A stretch of DNA of 64,000 nt from Acidimicrobiia bacterium (GCA_041608535.1 JBFISM010000001.1:30139-94138), one strand, 5' to 3'; counted from the first letter of the stretch, positions 29,640 to 39,100 are shown. Notes: a model not told the origin generated them from the letters alone. Program-made: numbers and translations.

Positions 29640-30065
29640 TATGACACGAAACCCCCACGGCACACGACAACCGCGAAAGGGGCATCTCGCTTCACAAATC
29701 GCCACAGCTTTGCCAGCCACACCACCCCGCCCCAACGCCCACCAACCCCGACACGCCCTGGCCCACGCCCCCTCGTCGCCGGCACCACGAACCCGGCCAG
29801 GGAAACCCCCACCTACCCGTAACGGCCCCCCAAGCGCCTCCTCCATTCGCCGCACCGCCACCCAGCCCCAGTCCCTCCAACCAAGTCGAGCACCCCAGCC
29901 GTCGCCACCCACACCACCCAACCCCGACACGCCCCGGCCGACCCCGCATGCCTCCTTCGCCGGCCATACCACCCAGCGACCCACGTCCACCACCCTTCAC
30001 GCCCCAAGGCCCACTCCCCCTTTCGCCAGCACCACCGGCGGGAACCCCAGCAACGTCCCATGAAT
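29640..30065. repeat. C-rich/G-poor low-complexity non-coding region with imperfect ~50-nt direct repeats
   Basis: repeat cores cccaccaaccccgacacgccctggcc (29739..29764) and caccacccaaccccgacacgccccggcc (29902..29929); many C3-5 runs on plus strand (G-runs on minus); ORF 29641..30063 is Pro-rich with low GC3 and judged non-coding. Confidence 0.6.
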
Positions 30066-30093
30066 CGGACGGCAACAGGTCGGCCGCAAGAAG

Positions 30094-30123
30094 TTGACAA
30101 GGAAACACAACCATTCGTAACGT
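30094..30123 (+). promoter_or_regulatory. putative promoter of DeoR gene (TTGACA-N18-TAACGT), near-leaderless
   Basis: consensus -35 TTGACA at 30094..30099, -10-like TAACGT at 30118..30123, ATG 8 nt downstream. Confidence 0.35.
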
Positions 30124-30130
30124 CCCGGCG

Positions 30131-30934
30131 ATGGAGGAGGCGATTCCAGCCGAATTGCGGCGCGACCGGATGCTCTCTCTCGTACGGGAACGCGAGTTCA
30201 TGAGAGTCTCGGACCTCAGCTCCATCTTCGGGATCTCCGAAGTGACCGTGCGCGCCGATCTCGCCGTCCTGGCCGACCACGACCTCATCCAGCGGGTGCA
30301 CGGCGGTGCGATCGTGCGGGATCCGGAGTTCCGACGAGAGAGGTCGTTCGAGGAGTCACTCGACGAGTTCTGGGCGGAGAAGGCCGGAATCGGAAGGTAT
30401 GCGGCAGGCACGGTCCACTCCGGCGAAACGATCATCCTCGATGTGGGCACGTCGACGACGGCGCTGGCTCGCGCCCTCGTGCGGCGTACCGACCTGCAGG
30501 ACCTCACCGTGTTCACGTCGAGTCTCACGATTGCGCTCGAGCTGGAGCCCGCCATACCCAGGATCAGCGTCGTGATCACCGGCGGGACCTTGCGCCCGTT
30601 GCAGCATTCGCTGGTCGACCCGATGGCGGGCTACGTTTTCGACAACATCCATGCTTCCGTCGCCTTCATCGGCTGCAACGGGATCCACCCGCGTTCGGGT
30701 GTCACCAACGTGAACCTGCCGGAGGCCGAGATGAAGCGGAAGATGGTGGAGTCGGCGGCACGAACCGTGGTGGTCGCCGACGGTTCCAAACTGGGGCACA
30801 TCAGTGTCGTCAAGATCGCCGATCTCGCCGATGTCGACCAGCTCATCACCGGACCGTCGGCACCCCCAGAGGTCGTCGACCAGCTCGGCGACGCCGGGGT
30901 GTCCATCGAGATTGCCGAGCGAGCGAGCCGCTGA
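30131..30934 (+). CDS. DeoR/GlpR family transcriptional regulator
   Basis: N-terminal HTH (RVSDLSSIFGISEVTVRADL), C-terminal sugar-phosphate-binding DeoR-C domain; 267 aa. Confidence 0.85.
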   Translation: MEEAIPAELRRDRMLSLVREREFMRVSDLSSIFGISEVTVRADLAVLADHDLIQRVHGGAIVRDPEFRRERSFEESLDEFWAEKAGIGRYAAGTVHSGETIILDVGTSTTALARALVRRTDLQDLTVFTSSLTIALELEPAIPRISVVITGGTLRPLQHSLVDPMAGYVFDNIHASVAFIGCNGIHPRSGVTNVNLPEAEMKRKMVESAARTVVVADGSKLGHISVVKIADLADVDQLITGPSAPPEVVDQLGDAGVSIEIAERASR

Positions 30935-30985
30935 CGGCGTTCCGGATCCGGCTCGCCAACCCACCAACGAGAAGGAGACATCAAC

Positions 30986-32389
30986 GTGAAAAGACTGCTG
31001 ATGCTGCTGCTGGCATTGAGCCTCGTCGCAGCAGCCTGTGGAGGAGACGACGGCGGAGGGGACGCGACTGCGGCCCCGGAACCCGGGGCCACCACTGCCG
31101 CACCGAGCGACGACGGCGATGCCGACGACACGACGGCTGCACCCGACACCACTACCCCACCGAGCGACGACGGACAAACCGGCGATGAGGTCAATCTGCG
31201 CTGGATGACCCGGCCGGACAATCCGGAAGAGGCCGCTGTGTACGGCGAGATCTCGGATCAACTCAATGACAGCCTCGAAGGCATCACGCTGACGTACGAA
31301 CCCGGCTCCAACGAGGGCGAGGGGTACCAGCAGACGCTGCTGACCAACCTCTCCGCCGGCACCGCCCCGGACGTCTTCTGGATTCCGGGAACCGACATCG
31401 CAGACTTTGCGTCGCGTGGGGTGATTCTCGATCTGCGCGAATTCGCAGATGCGTCCGGTCACAGCGATGACGACTTCTACCCGGGGCCCATGGCCCATCT
31501 GACGACGGATCTGGAAACCGGCCAGCCGGGTAACGCGCTGTGGGGCCTCCCCCGCGACGTGTCGACGTTCGCCCTGTACGTCAACAAGGATCTCATCGCC
31601 GAAGCCGGCGTTCCCGACCCGCTGGAGCTCGAAGCGACCGGCGAGTGGGACTGGGATGCGTTCAACGAGGTCGTGACCGGGGTCGCCGATCTTGGTGGCG
31701 AGATCAAGGGCTACGGACAGAGCAACTGGTGGGGTCCGTTTGGTGCGTGGCTGAACGCTGCCGGCGGTGGGTTCTTCAATGAGGACCGGACCGCATGTGC
31801 ACTGGACAGCGACGAATCGATCGCCGGGCTCGCCGCATTGCGTGACCTGTATGCGACTGGAGCGACCATCCCCTACGGCGAGGAGCCGGAACCACCATTC
31901 CGCGCCGGCACGGTTGGGCTCTTCCAGAACGGGCGGTGGGCTACTCCCGGCATTCGCACTGTCGATTTCGACTGGGATGTGGTCGGACTGCCACAGGGGC
32001 CGGATGGGCCGGGCAACTGGCTCTTCTGGGGTGCCTACGTGGTGAACGCCACCACGGAGAACCCGGAGGCCGCTTGGGAGCTGGTCTCGGCGCTGACCCA
32101 GGCAGACGTCCAGGCACAGATATCCGAGCTGGGCGCCAACATCCCGAGCCGGGTGAGCGATGATGCGCTCCAGGCTTTCCTCGGCTTCACGCCTCCGGAG
32201 AACAACCAGGCCTTCCTCGACGGGCTGCAGCAGAATCCGACGACGGAGGGTCCGCTGTGGGCAGGGAACTGGCCCGAGTTCTCCAACTTGATGGGCACCG
32301 AAGTGCAGGCCGTGGTCACCGGGGAGCGCGACATCGCCGACTACCAGACAAACATCTGCTCCGAGACGGCGCCGGCGTTCGAGGGCTGA
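30986..32389 (+). CDS. sugar ABC transporter substrate-binding lipoprotein (family 1 SBP)
   Basis: lipobox LVAAACGG, Asp/Thr-rich linker, SBP_bac_1-like body; 467 aa. Confidence 0.85.
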   Translation: MKRLLMLLLALSLVAAACGGDDGGGDATAAPEPGATTAAPSDDGDADDTTAAPDTTTPPSDDGQTGDEVNLRWMTRPDNPEEAAVYGEISDQLNDSLEGITLTYEPGSNEGEGYQQTLLTNLSAGTAPDVFWIPGTDIADFASRGVILDLREFADASGHSDDDFYPGPMAHLTTDLETGQPGNALWGLPRDVSTFALYVNKDLIAEAGVPDPLELEATGEWDWDAFNEVVTGVADLGGEIKGYGQSNWWGPFGAWLNAAGGGFFNEDRTACALDSDESIAGLAALRDLYATGATIPYGEEPEPPFRAGTVGLFQNGRWATPGIRTVDFDWDVVGLPQGPDGPGNWLFWGAYVVNATTENPEAAWELVSALTQADVQAQISELGANIPSRVSDDALQAFLGFTPPENNQAFLDGLQQNPTTEGPLWAGNWPEFSNLMGTEVQAVVTGERDIADYQTNICSETAPAFEG

Positions 32390-32469
32390 ACGATCATCGG
32401 GTGGGGGCCCGGTTCACTTCCGGCCCCCACCCTCAATCATCGAGGACACTCCCGAGCACGGAGATGGGC

Positions 32470-34020
32470 ATGACAACCACCACGGAACGGCCGCCGGCCA
32501 CGGCATCGGCCAGACCTCCGTGGTACGTCCCGTTCGTGGGCTGGAGGGTGATCACGCTGCTCCTGACTCTCGTCGGGATCGCCGCCGTGCTCATGAGACG
32601 CGGCATCGTCGTGAGCGGTCCGTTGCGATGGACTGCAGCGCTCGCCTTCGTCGGCGCCACCGCGCTGGCTGTTGCCGCCCTCGGCTACACGTTGCGCCCC
32701 CGTCATGTGGGACGAGTCGGCGGCTTCTCCCTGGATTTCCTCATCGCCGTCGTCGCCGCGTTCGTCGCCTTCAACCGCATGGACATGTTCACCGGGCTCG
32801 ATGCCGTGGGGGAGGCGTTCAACGACAGTGCCGGCTGGCTGCTCGTCATCGTCCTCGGCTGGCTCGTCTCTGGGTTTCGCAGCGGCCAGAACGCCGCCGT
32901 TCGCACGGCCGCACGGTGGACGATGCTGCTCGGTGTCGTCATCCTCGCCCTGTCGATGGGACTGGTCCCCGGGGTCGTGGAGTTCATCAGCCGCCTGATC
33001 CAGCCGGAAGTCTTCCCGATCGCGGTGCTTGCGGTGCTGGCTGGGACCTCCGCCCGCTTGCTGTGGTCGGATGCGGCTACTCGCTTCTATGGAAGCGACC
33101 AGCGGCAACTCGAAGCACTCGACGGGATGCTCTTCGTCGCCCCCAACGCCCTCGGGTTCCTCGCCTTCTTCGCCGGGCCGCTCATCGTCTCGCTGTTCAT
33201 CAGCTTCACGGAATGGGATGGTCTCACCGACGCGACGTTTGTGGGGTTGCGCAACTACGCCGACCTCCTCTCCGACGATCTCTTCCTCAGGTCCTTGCGC
33301 AACATCGTCGTTTTCGGAGTCATCGCGATACCGCTTGCGGTGGCCCCGGCGGTGCTCCTCGCATCAGTGCTCAACTCCAAGCTGCCCGGCATGAAGTTCT
33401 TCCGGGCGGTGTACTTCCTGCCGTCGATCGCAGGTGTCGTCGGCGTCACGCTGATCTGGAAACAGCTCTTCGACTCCACCGTCGGCTACGTCAACTTCGC
33501 CATCCTCAAGGTGACGGAATGGCTCAATGCGCTCCTGGGCTCCGGCCTCGATGCCCCGCAGCCGCAGTGGATCTCCGACACCAACATCGCTCTCTTCTCC
33601 GTGATCATTCTGTTTGTCTGGCAACAGATCGGGTTCAACACCGTGCTCTTCCTGGCGGGAATGCAGGGCATCGACGGAACCCTGTACGAGGCCGCCGAGC
33701 TCGACGGCGCCGGGCCTTGGAAGAAGTTCGTCAACATCACCATCCCGATGCTTCGCCCCACGACCGTTTTTGTGGTGGCGACGACGACGATCCTCGCCCT
33801 CCAGCTCTTCAACGAACCGTTCATCCTGCAATCGCCATCGCCGCCATCGGGACCCGGCAACGCCACCCTCACGCCAGTCATCTATCTGTATCAGAACGCA
33901 TTCCAGGAGTTCGAGATCGGATACGCCTCGGCTGTGGCGTGGGCGCTGTTCCTCCTCATATTCGGAGTCACGTTGCTCTACTTCCGACGCAGCCGTGAGG
34001 ACGGAGTGCTCACCACATGA
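32470..34020 (+). CDS. sugar ABC transporter permease (MalF-like) with long extra N-terminal multi-TM extension
   Basis: EAA-loop region LYEAAELDGAGPWKKFVNITIPMLRP; ~230-aa N-terminal extension with several TM helices; start ATG 32470 with GGAG 6 nt upstream. Confidence 0.8.
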   Translation: MTTTTERPPATASARPPWYVPFVGWRVITLLLTLVGIAAVLMRRGIVVSGPLRWTAALAFVGATALAVAALGYTLRPRHVGRVGGFSLDFLIAVVAAFVAFNRMDMFTGLDAVGEAFNDSAGWLLVIVLGWLVSGFRSGQNAAVRTAARWTMLLGVVILALSMGLVPGVVEFISRLIQPEVFPIAVLAVLAGTSARLLWSDAATRFYGSDQRQLEALDGMLFVAPNALGFLAFFAGPLIVSLFISFTEWDGLTDATFVGLRNYADLLSDDLFLRSLRNIVVFGVIAIPLAVAPAVLLASVLNSKLPGMKFFRAVYFLPSIAGVVGVTLIWKQLFDSTVGYVNFAILKVTEWLNALLGSGLDAPQPQWISDTNIALFSVIILFVWQQIGFNTVLFLAGMQGIDGTLYEAAELDGAGPWKKFVNITIPMLRPTTVFVVATTTILALQLFNEPFILQSPSPPSGPGNATLTPVIYLYQNAFQEFEIGYASAVAWALFLLIFGVTLLYFRRSREDGVLTT

Positions 34021-35249
34021 CCGCCACCACCGCACAGCGTTCCGCCCACCGGGCTCAACGTAAGCGCCGGCTTCGCCGTCTTGCCGGGCGCAGCAGCGCA
34101 TATCTCGTGCTGGTCGCATTCGCTGCGATCATGCTCTTCCCCTTCGCCTTCATGGTGGCGACCGCACTCAAGACACCCGAGGACACCTTCCGCTACCCGC
34201 CCAAGATCCTCCCTCGCACCGCCGCCACGACCGAGATCTCCGGCGAGACATTCGACGTCTACATGCTCGAAGTACCGGGCGAGGGGCAACGATCCGTCTA
34301 CCTGGCGGAAGCCGGTGTCGACGCGGGGCTCTTTGCGAATCTGGAGGATATCGACACCACGGTTGCATGGCCGTTGGACCTGGCTGCGGATACCGGCCGT
34401 ACCACCACGCTCGGTGGCGAGACCCTGCCGGTGTACGAGGTGCGTCTCGGTGACGAGACGGCCGAGTTGGCTCTCGTGCGCGGCACGGCGGTGGGCCGGT
34501 TCGTCGGGGTGGACGATCCAGAGATGATCACGTACGCAGTGGTGCGCACCGCTCCTGCTGCCGAGACGGTGGAGCCCGAGTGGCAGAATTTCTCGGAGAT
34601 CATCGAGTTGCGGGACTTCGACCGATCGCTCACCAACACGATCCTGGTGACGATCCTCGTCGTTGCCGGGACCCTCTTCACGTCGATCATGGGCGGCTAC
34701 GCCTTTTCCCGCCTGAGGTTTCCCGGTCGCGACCTCATGTTTGTCGGCTATGTCGGCTCGATCATGATCCCCTTCGTCGTCCTCATCATCCCGCTCTTCC
34801 GTCTCATGGTCTCTCTGGGCTGGGTCGACACCCTCGGGTCGCTGGTGTGGCCGTTCATCTTCAACGCGTACGGAACCTTCCTCATGCGTCAGTTCTTCGT
34901 GTCGATTCCGGGGGAGCTCGAAGAGGCCGCCTACATCGACGGCGCAAGCCGATGGAAGATCCTGTGGTCGATTTTCGTGCCGCTGTCGTGGCCGGCGATC
35001 GCAACCCTGGCGACGTTCATGTTCCTCTATGCGTGGAACTCCTTCATCTGGCCACTGGTATCGATCAATGGAGCGAACTCGGAGGACTTCGTCCTCACCA
35101 TCGCACTGCTGACGCTCGGTGGTCAGGCGGGTGAAGGGCCCAACCTCATCTTCGCTGCGATCGTCCTGTCGGTGATCATCCCGTTCGTCGTGTTCGTGTT
35201 TGCGCAGCGCTACTTCGTCGAGAACGTGGCGACCTCGGGCATCAAGTAG
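34017..35249 (+). CDS. sugar ABC transporter permease (MalG-like) with large periplasmic insert
   Basis: EAA motif EEAAYIDGASRWKILWSIFVPL; ATGA overlap with upstream permease; 410 aa. Confidence 0.8.
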   Translation: MTATTAQRSAHRAQRKRRLRRLAGRSSAYLVLVAFAAIMLFPFAFMVATALKTPEDTFRYPPKILPRTAATTEISGETFDVYMLEVPGEGQRSVYLAEAGVDAGLFANLEDIDTTVAWPLDLAADTGRTTTLGGETLPVYEVRLGDETAELALVRGTAVGRFVGVDDPEMITYAVVRTAPAAETVEPEWQNFSEIIELRDFDRSLTNTILVTILVVAGTLFTSIMGGYAFSRLRFPGRDLMFVGYVGSIMIPFVVLIIPLFRLMVSLGWVDTLGSLVWPFIFNAYGTFLMRQFFVSIPGELEEAAYIDGASRWKILWSIFVPLSWPAIATLATFMFLYAWNSFIWPLVSINGANSEDFVLTIALLTLGGQAGEGPNLIFAAIVLSVIIPFVVFVFAQRYFVENVATSGIK

Positions 35250-36486
35250 CCGGTGCGGCCAGGCTCCGCAGCCCCGCAAACAGCATCTGCTCCTGCTCGT
35301 GGAGTGCATGGACCGGAACAGTCCCCGGTGGCGCAAGTGGCTCTTTCACGTAGAAGCTGAGCCAATCCTGGATGCCGTGGCGGCCGCCACGCATGGCCAG
35401 ATCGGTGAACAGGACGAGATCGAGCATCACGGGGGCAGCGAGGATCGAATCCCGGCACAAGAAGTCGATCTTGAGCTGCATCGGGTAACCCAACCACCCG
35501 AACAGGTCGATGTGGTCCCAGCCTTCCTTGTCGTCGCCCTTTGGCGGGTAGTAGTTGATGCGCACCATGTGATCGATCCGGCCGTAGAGCTCCGGATGGT
35601 CTGCGGGTCGGAGCAGGTCTTCGAGCACACCCAGCTTGGTGACTTCCTTGGAGCGGAAGTTCTCCGGCTCGTCGAGCACCAGGCCGTCACGATTGCCGAG
35701 GATGTTCGTGGAGAACCAACCTCGGACCCCGAGACGGCGGCTTCTCAAGCCCGGAGCAATGATCGTCTTCAGGAGCGTCTGGCCGGTCTTGTAGTCCTTT
35801 CCGACGAGGGCCACCCGTTCTCGCTCCGCCAGCTCGACGAGCGCCGGGATTTCGGACGACACGTTGGGCGCGCCATTGATGTAGGCGCAGCCCGACCGGA
35901 TGGCGGCATAGGCGTAGATCTGGGACGGCGAGATCGCCGGATCGTCCTGCTTGAGTCCACGCTCGAATGCACCGAGTTCGAGGTGGGATTCGCTGCCCGG
36001 ACGGTACGCCTCGGTGCTCGCCGACCACAGAACGACTGCCCGATCGCAACGCTGCTTGAAGTGCTCGAGGTCCGCGATGATCGCCTCGGCCTGCTCCATC
36101 TTGTTGCTGATCCGTTTCACGTTGTCGACGGCGGTGAGCCGGCTCACCCAGCGCGGATCGAACACCGCCGGAGTGCTCTCCACACCGAAGAGGTCATCGG
36201 CCGTCTGCTGCAGCATGGCGGCGTCGAGCACACCTGCGGTGCGTGCGGCTGCCAGCGCCGTGGTCGCATACGGATCCCATGCCATGAACTCCAGCGAATC
36301 GAGCGCAGCGAGATCGACGACGTCGCGGATCGGCAGGTCATCGACGTGCCCCAACTCGGCGAGCGAGCCGACGGGGGCGGCGTGGCCGCGCCGGACGAGA
36401 GAGAGGCCGGCGAGCAGTGTCGACGTGGTGGCGCCGAGCCCGACGACGGCGACACCCAGCTTTCCGGTGGCAGTTTCTGTGGTCAT
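35242..36486 (-). CDS. ino1: inositol-3-phosphate synthase (myo-inositol-1-phosphate synthase family)
   Basis: MIPS family regions GQTLLKTIIAPGLRSRRLGVRGWFSTNILGNRDG and WDHIDLFGWLGYPMQLKIDFLCRDSILAAPVMLDLVLF; NAD-binding N-terminus GVAVVGLG; 414 aa. Confidence 0.75.
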   Translation of the reverse strand: MTTETATGKLGVAVVGLGATTSTLLAGLSLVRRGHAAPVGSLAELGHVDDLPIRDVVDLAALDSLEFMAWDPYATTALAAARTAGVLDAAMLQQTADDLFGVESTPAVFDPRWVSRLTAVDNVKRISNKMEQAEAIIADLEHFKQRCDRAVVLWSASTEAYRPGSESHLELGAFERGLKQDDPAISPSQIYAYAAIRSGCAYINGAPNVSSEIPALVELAERERVALVGKDYKTGQTLLKTIIAPGLRSRRLGVRGWFSTNILGNRDGLVLDEPENFRSKEVTKLGVLEDLLRPADHPELYGRIDHMVRINYYPPKGDDKEGWDHIDLFGWLGYPMQLKIDFLCRDSILAAPVMLDLVLFTDLAMRGGRHGIQDWLSFYVKEPLAPPGTVPVHALHEQEQMLFAGLRSLAAPAT

Positions 36487-36534
36487 GAGGCGACGGTAGG
36501 CGCCGGCTCCGATAATGTCTCATCGCTCAACGCG

Positions 36535-36544
36535 TCAAATTTGA
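36535..36544. promoter_or_regulatory. 10-bp perfect palindrome TCAAATTTGA in ino1/LysR divergent region
   Basis: seen in AT-rich 70-nt intergenic region; candidate LysR-type (T-N11-A-like) or other operator. Confidence 0.3.
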
Positions 36545-36556
36545 TAGTTTTTCGTT

Positions 36557-37399
36557 ATGAATCTCGACACCGTGCGAATCCGTCACTTCGCCTATCTCGA
36601 TGCCGTCGCCCGGCTGGGCCATTTCGGAGATGCCGCCGATGCCTTGGACGTGTCCCAACCGGCGCTCTCTCAAGGTCTCGCCCGTCTGGAAGCGGCCGTG
36701 GGGATGCCACTGTTCGAGCGCAGCGGGCGGACGAAGGTGCTCACGCCAGTCGGTTTGGAGCTCGCCGCGCTCGCTGCGCTCGTCGTGTCGGCCACGGGTC
36801 GGACCGAATCCGCCGTCAACGCTCGTCGAACCGGCTCCGGCGGGGTGCTGTCGGTCGGGCTGATAGACGCGGTGGCTCTCTATCTCAAGGCCGAGGCGAT
36901 CGCAGCCTTCCGCAGCGCACACCCCGACGTGACGCTGCGGATCACCATTGCCGGGTCGGGCGATCTGCTCGATGCTCTCGACCGCCACACCATCGATCTG
37001 GCGGTGGTCGTCGCCCCGGCACCGGGTTTCGAGACCAGGCCACTCACGACAGAACCGCTGTTCGTGTACGGCGAGCCGGTGGACTCGCTCGCCGCCGTTG
37101 ATCGTTGGCTGCTCTATCCAGAGGCATCCCACACCCGCAGCGTGATCGATCGAGCGCTCGCCGCCTCCGGTATCACCCCGCTTGTGGAGACCGAGAGCGG
37201 AAACCCGTCCGTCCTCGCCCAGCTCGCCCGTCTCGGTGCCGGTTGGACCGTTCTCCCGGCCGGCATCGCCGAAGCAGGGCCGACTCCGTTGACGAGGATC
37301 GGATCCGCGCTGGGTGAGCGAGACATCGTCGTCGCCCGCCGTAGCACTGCTCCCGCAGATGAACTCGTCGACGTCTTCCTCAACAGCATCGCCGGCTGA
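36557..37399 (+). CDS. LysR family transcriptional regulator
   Basis: N-terminal HTH IRHFAYLDAVARLGHFGDAADALDVSQPALSQGLARLE; LysR substrate-binding domain; 280 aa. Confidence 0.85.
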   Translation: MNLDTVRIRHFAYLDAVARLGHFGDAADALDVSQPALSQGLARLEAAVGMPLFERSGRTKVLTPVGLELAALAALVVSATGRTESAVNARRTGSGGVLSVGLIDAVALYLKAEAIAAFRSAHPDVTLRITIAGSGDLLDALDRHTIDLAVVVAPAPGFETRPLTTEPLFVYGEPVDSLAAVDRWLLYPEASHTRSVIDRALAASGITPLVETESGNPSVLAQLARLGAGWTVLPAGIAEAGPTPLTRIGSALGERDIVVARRSTAPADELVDVFLNSIAG

Positions 37400-37420
37400 A
37401 CCAGCAATCCGCAGGGACGA

Positions 37421-38236
37421 TCACTTCGCCATCAACGTCGGCGATGCGATGTCGAACACCGCACGAGCATATTCGGCGAGTTTGCGTTCTCCGTCCTCGT
37501 CGCCGGCGAGCAGGTCGTAGTGGTAGATCGAGCCCTCCCATCCCTCGGTGTGCCATTCGGCGTCATGAGGAAGCTCGTGACCGAGGAACTCGTCCGCATC
37601 GAACGGCCACGGATTCGAGTAGAAGTACGCCCGGCCGCCCGGGTAGAAACCCAGGTTGAGCTGCGCTGGGAACTCCTGGAGCTCGCCGTGCTCCTCATGC
37701 CGCTCGACACGGGTCCCGAACCATTCCATGGCGAAATCGAATCCGTGCGGCCACAGATGGGGGTGCCCGACATCGCCGGAAAGACCACTGCGGTGCTTCT
37801 CGAAGACAGCTGCCACGTCGTTGAGGGTGGATGCAAACGAGGTCGCCACGTTCGGGTCGTACACCCGTGGCTCATCGCTCTCGAACTTGTCACGGGCATA
37901 CTCACCGGTGAACCCGAGCTCGGCGACGGCCGCGATGAGTCGATCACCAAACTGCGAACCGGTGAGCCCGGCCTCGAGGGAGATTCTCGACGTGCGCTCG
38001 TCCGCCGTGTCGACGACGAGCGTGTGGTCGGCGACGTCGATGCGCAACGTCAGCGAGCCGCCTCCGGGGAGCCGGATACGCTCCGTGGTCCAGCCCTCGG
38101 GACCGACCCGCAGAGCCACGTGCCACCACTTCTCGTGTGGTGTGGCGTGGGCACGTGGAATCACGCTCGCCGCCAGCGCATAGGCATGGAGGGTCGCTCG
38201 GGTGGGTTCGAAATCGGCGGGCAATGGTGACAGCAT
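37421..38236 (-). CDS. conserved hypothetical protein (DUF5996-like)
   Basis: 271 aa, motif HLWPHGFDFAMEWF; no assigned function. Confidence 0.55.
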   Translation of the reverse strand: MLSPLPADFEPTRATLHAYALAASVIPRAHATPHEKWWHVALRVGPEGWTTERIRLPGGGSLTLRIDVADHTLVVDTADERTSRISLEAGLTGSQFGDRLIAAVAELGFTGEYARDKFESDEPRVYDPNVATSFASTLNDVAAVFEKHRSGLSGDVGHPHLWPHGFDFAMEWFGTRVERHEEHGELQEFPAQLNLGFYPGGRAYFYSNPWPFDADEFLGHELPHDAEWHTEGWEGSIYHYDLLAGDEDGERKLAEYARAVFDIASPTLMAK

Positions 38237-38311
38237 GCTCTACTCCTTCCCACCCGAAGCAACCTCGTCGCAGGTGACCATCTTCCCGGCATAACCTCCG
38301 ATTGGCCGCTG

Positions 38312-38857
38312 TTGCGCTCGAAGACGACAGTTTTCTTGGGGAGGTCGATGCCGATGCTCGACGTAGCGATGCTGATACTTCGAGTGGGACTGGGCGGCAT
38401 CTTTCTCGCACACGGGATCAAACACGCTCGCGGGAGGCAGAAGACGAGCAACTGGTTCGCCAGCATCGGATTCCGGAACGCCGAATTCAACTGGTTCATG
38501 TCGACCGCCAGCGAGATAGCGGTGGGCGCCTTCCTCATCCTGGGTCTGTTCACGACGCTCGGAGTCGCCGCTCTCGTCGGGGTGATGACCGTCGCCTTCT
38601 GGGTCGTACACCGCAAGGCTGGCTTCTGGGTGACCGCACGACCCGACGAGGGCTGGGAGTACGTGTTCACGCTCGTCTTCACTGCGGCGGCACTGGCGAT
38701 CGCCGGACCCGGCGAGATCTCCCTCGACCACGTGCTCGGAATCGCCGACGACCTCGACGGCTGGGTGGGCGTGGCGGGGGTTGCTGTCGGCGTTGCGAGC
38801 GCTGCGGGCTTACTGGTGACCTTCTGGCGGCCGGCAACTGTGCGGCAGGATCGCTGA
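38312..38857 (+). CDS. DoxX family membrane protein
   Basis: DoxX-like N-terminal MLILRVGLGGIFLAHGIKH and 4 TM helices; probable true start MPMLDV (38351) after GAGG. Confidence 0.7.
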   Translation: MRSKTTVFLGRSMPMLDVAMLILRVGLGGIFLAHGIKHARGRQKTSNWFASIGFRNAEFNWFMSTASEIAVGAFLILGLFTTLGVAALVGVMTVAFWVVHRKAGFWVTARPDEGWEYVFTLVFTAAALAIAGPGEISLDHVLGIADDLDGWVGVAGVAVGVASAAGLLVTFWRPATVRQDR

Positions 38858-38984
38858 GAGTACCTTTCCCAAACAGAGCGTCTTCAGATCATACATTTGA
38901 GCTAAATCGCCTTAGGTTTCACCGCGTTTTTACTGGCTAGACGAGGTGTCACATCGCCCGCTTGCTGGCGCGCCTGGACGGTGG

Positions 38985-39029
38985 GGTGCACACAATGCAC
39001 CAAATCTGTCGATGATCTAGGTCTGTCGA
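38985..39029. promoter_or_regulatory. candidate operator elements upstream of flp: palindrome GGTGCA-CACAA-TGCACC and direct repeats TCTGTCGA x2
   Basis: perfect 6-bp-arm inverted repeat 38985..39001; TCTGTCGA at 39005..39012 and 39022..39029 (17-bp spacing) in AT-rich pilin upstream region. Confidence 0.35.
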
Positions 39030-39070
39030 CCTATTTGATCCAATTCTGCTGATTCTGGCGCCGCTTTTTC

Positions 39071-39098
39071 TTGATCAACATCCCCGTTGCGATATAAT
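39071..39098 (+). promoter_or_regulatory. near-consensus housekeeping-type promoter of flp (TTGATC-N16-TATAAT)
   Basis: -35 TTGATC 39071..39076, -10 TATAAT 39093..39098; predicted TSS ~39105. Confidence 0.55.
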
Positions 39099-39100
39099 TG

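Noticed and set aside
29641-30063. 140-aa Pro-rich ORF, and the 295-aa minus-strand ORF 29692..30579
   Set aside because: Low-complexity composition, low third-position GC unlike neighbouring genes, no SD. The minus-strand ORF is antisense to the DeoR gene. Interpreted as non-coding C-rich repeat region.
35200-37101. 633-aa plus-strand ORF
   Set aside because: Antisense to ino1 and overlapping the LysR gene in another frame; Arg-rich artefact.
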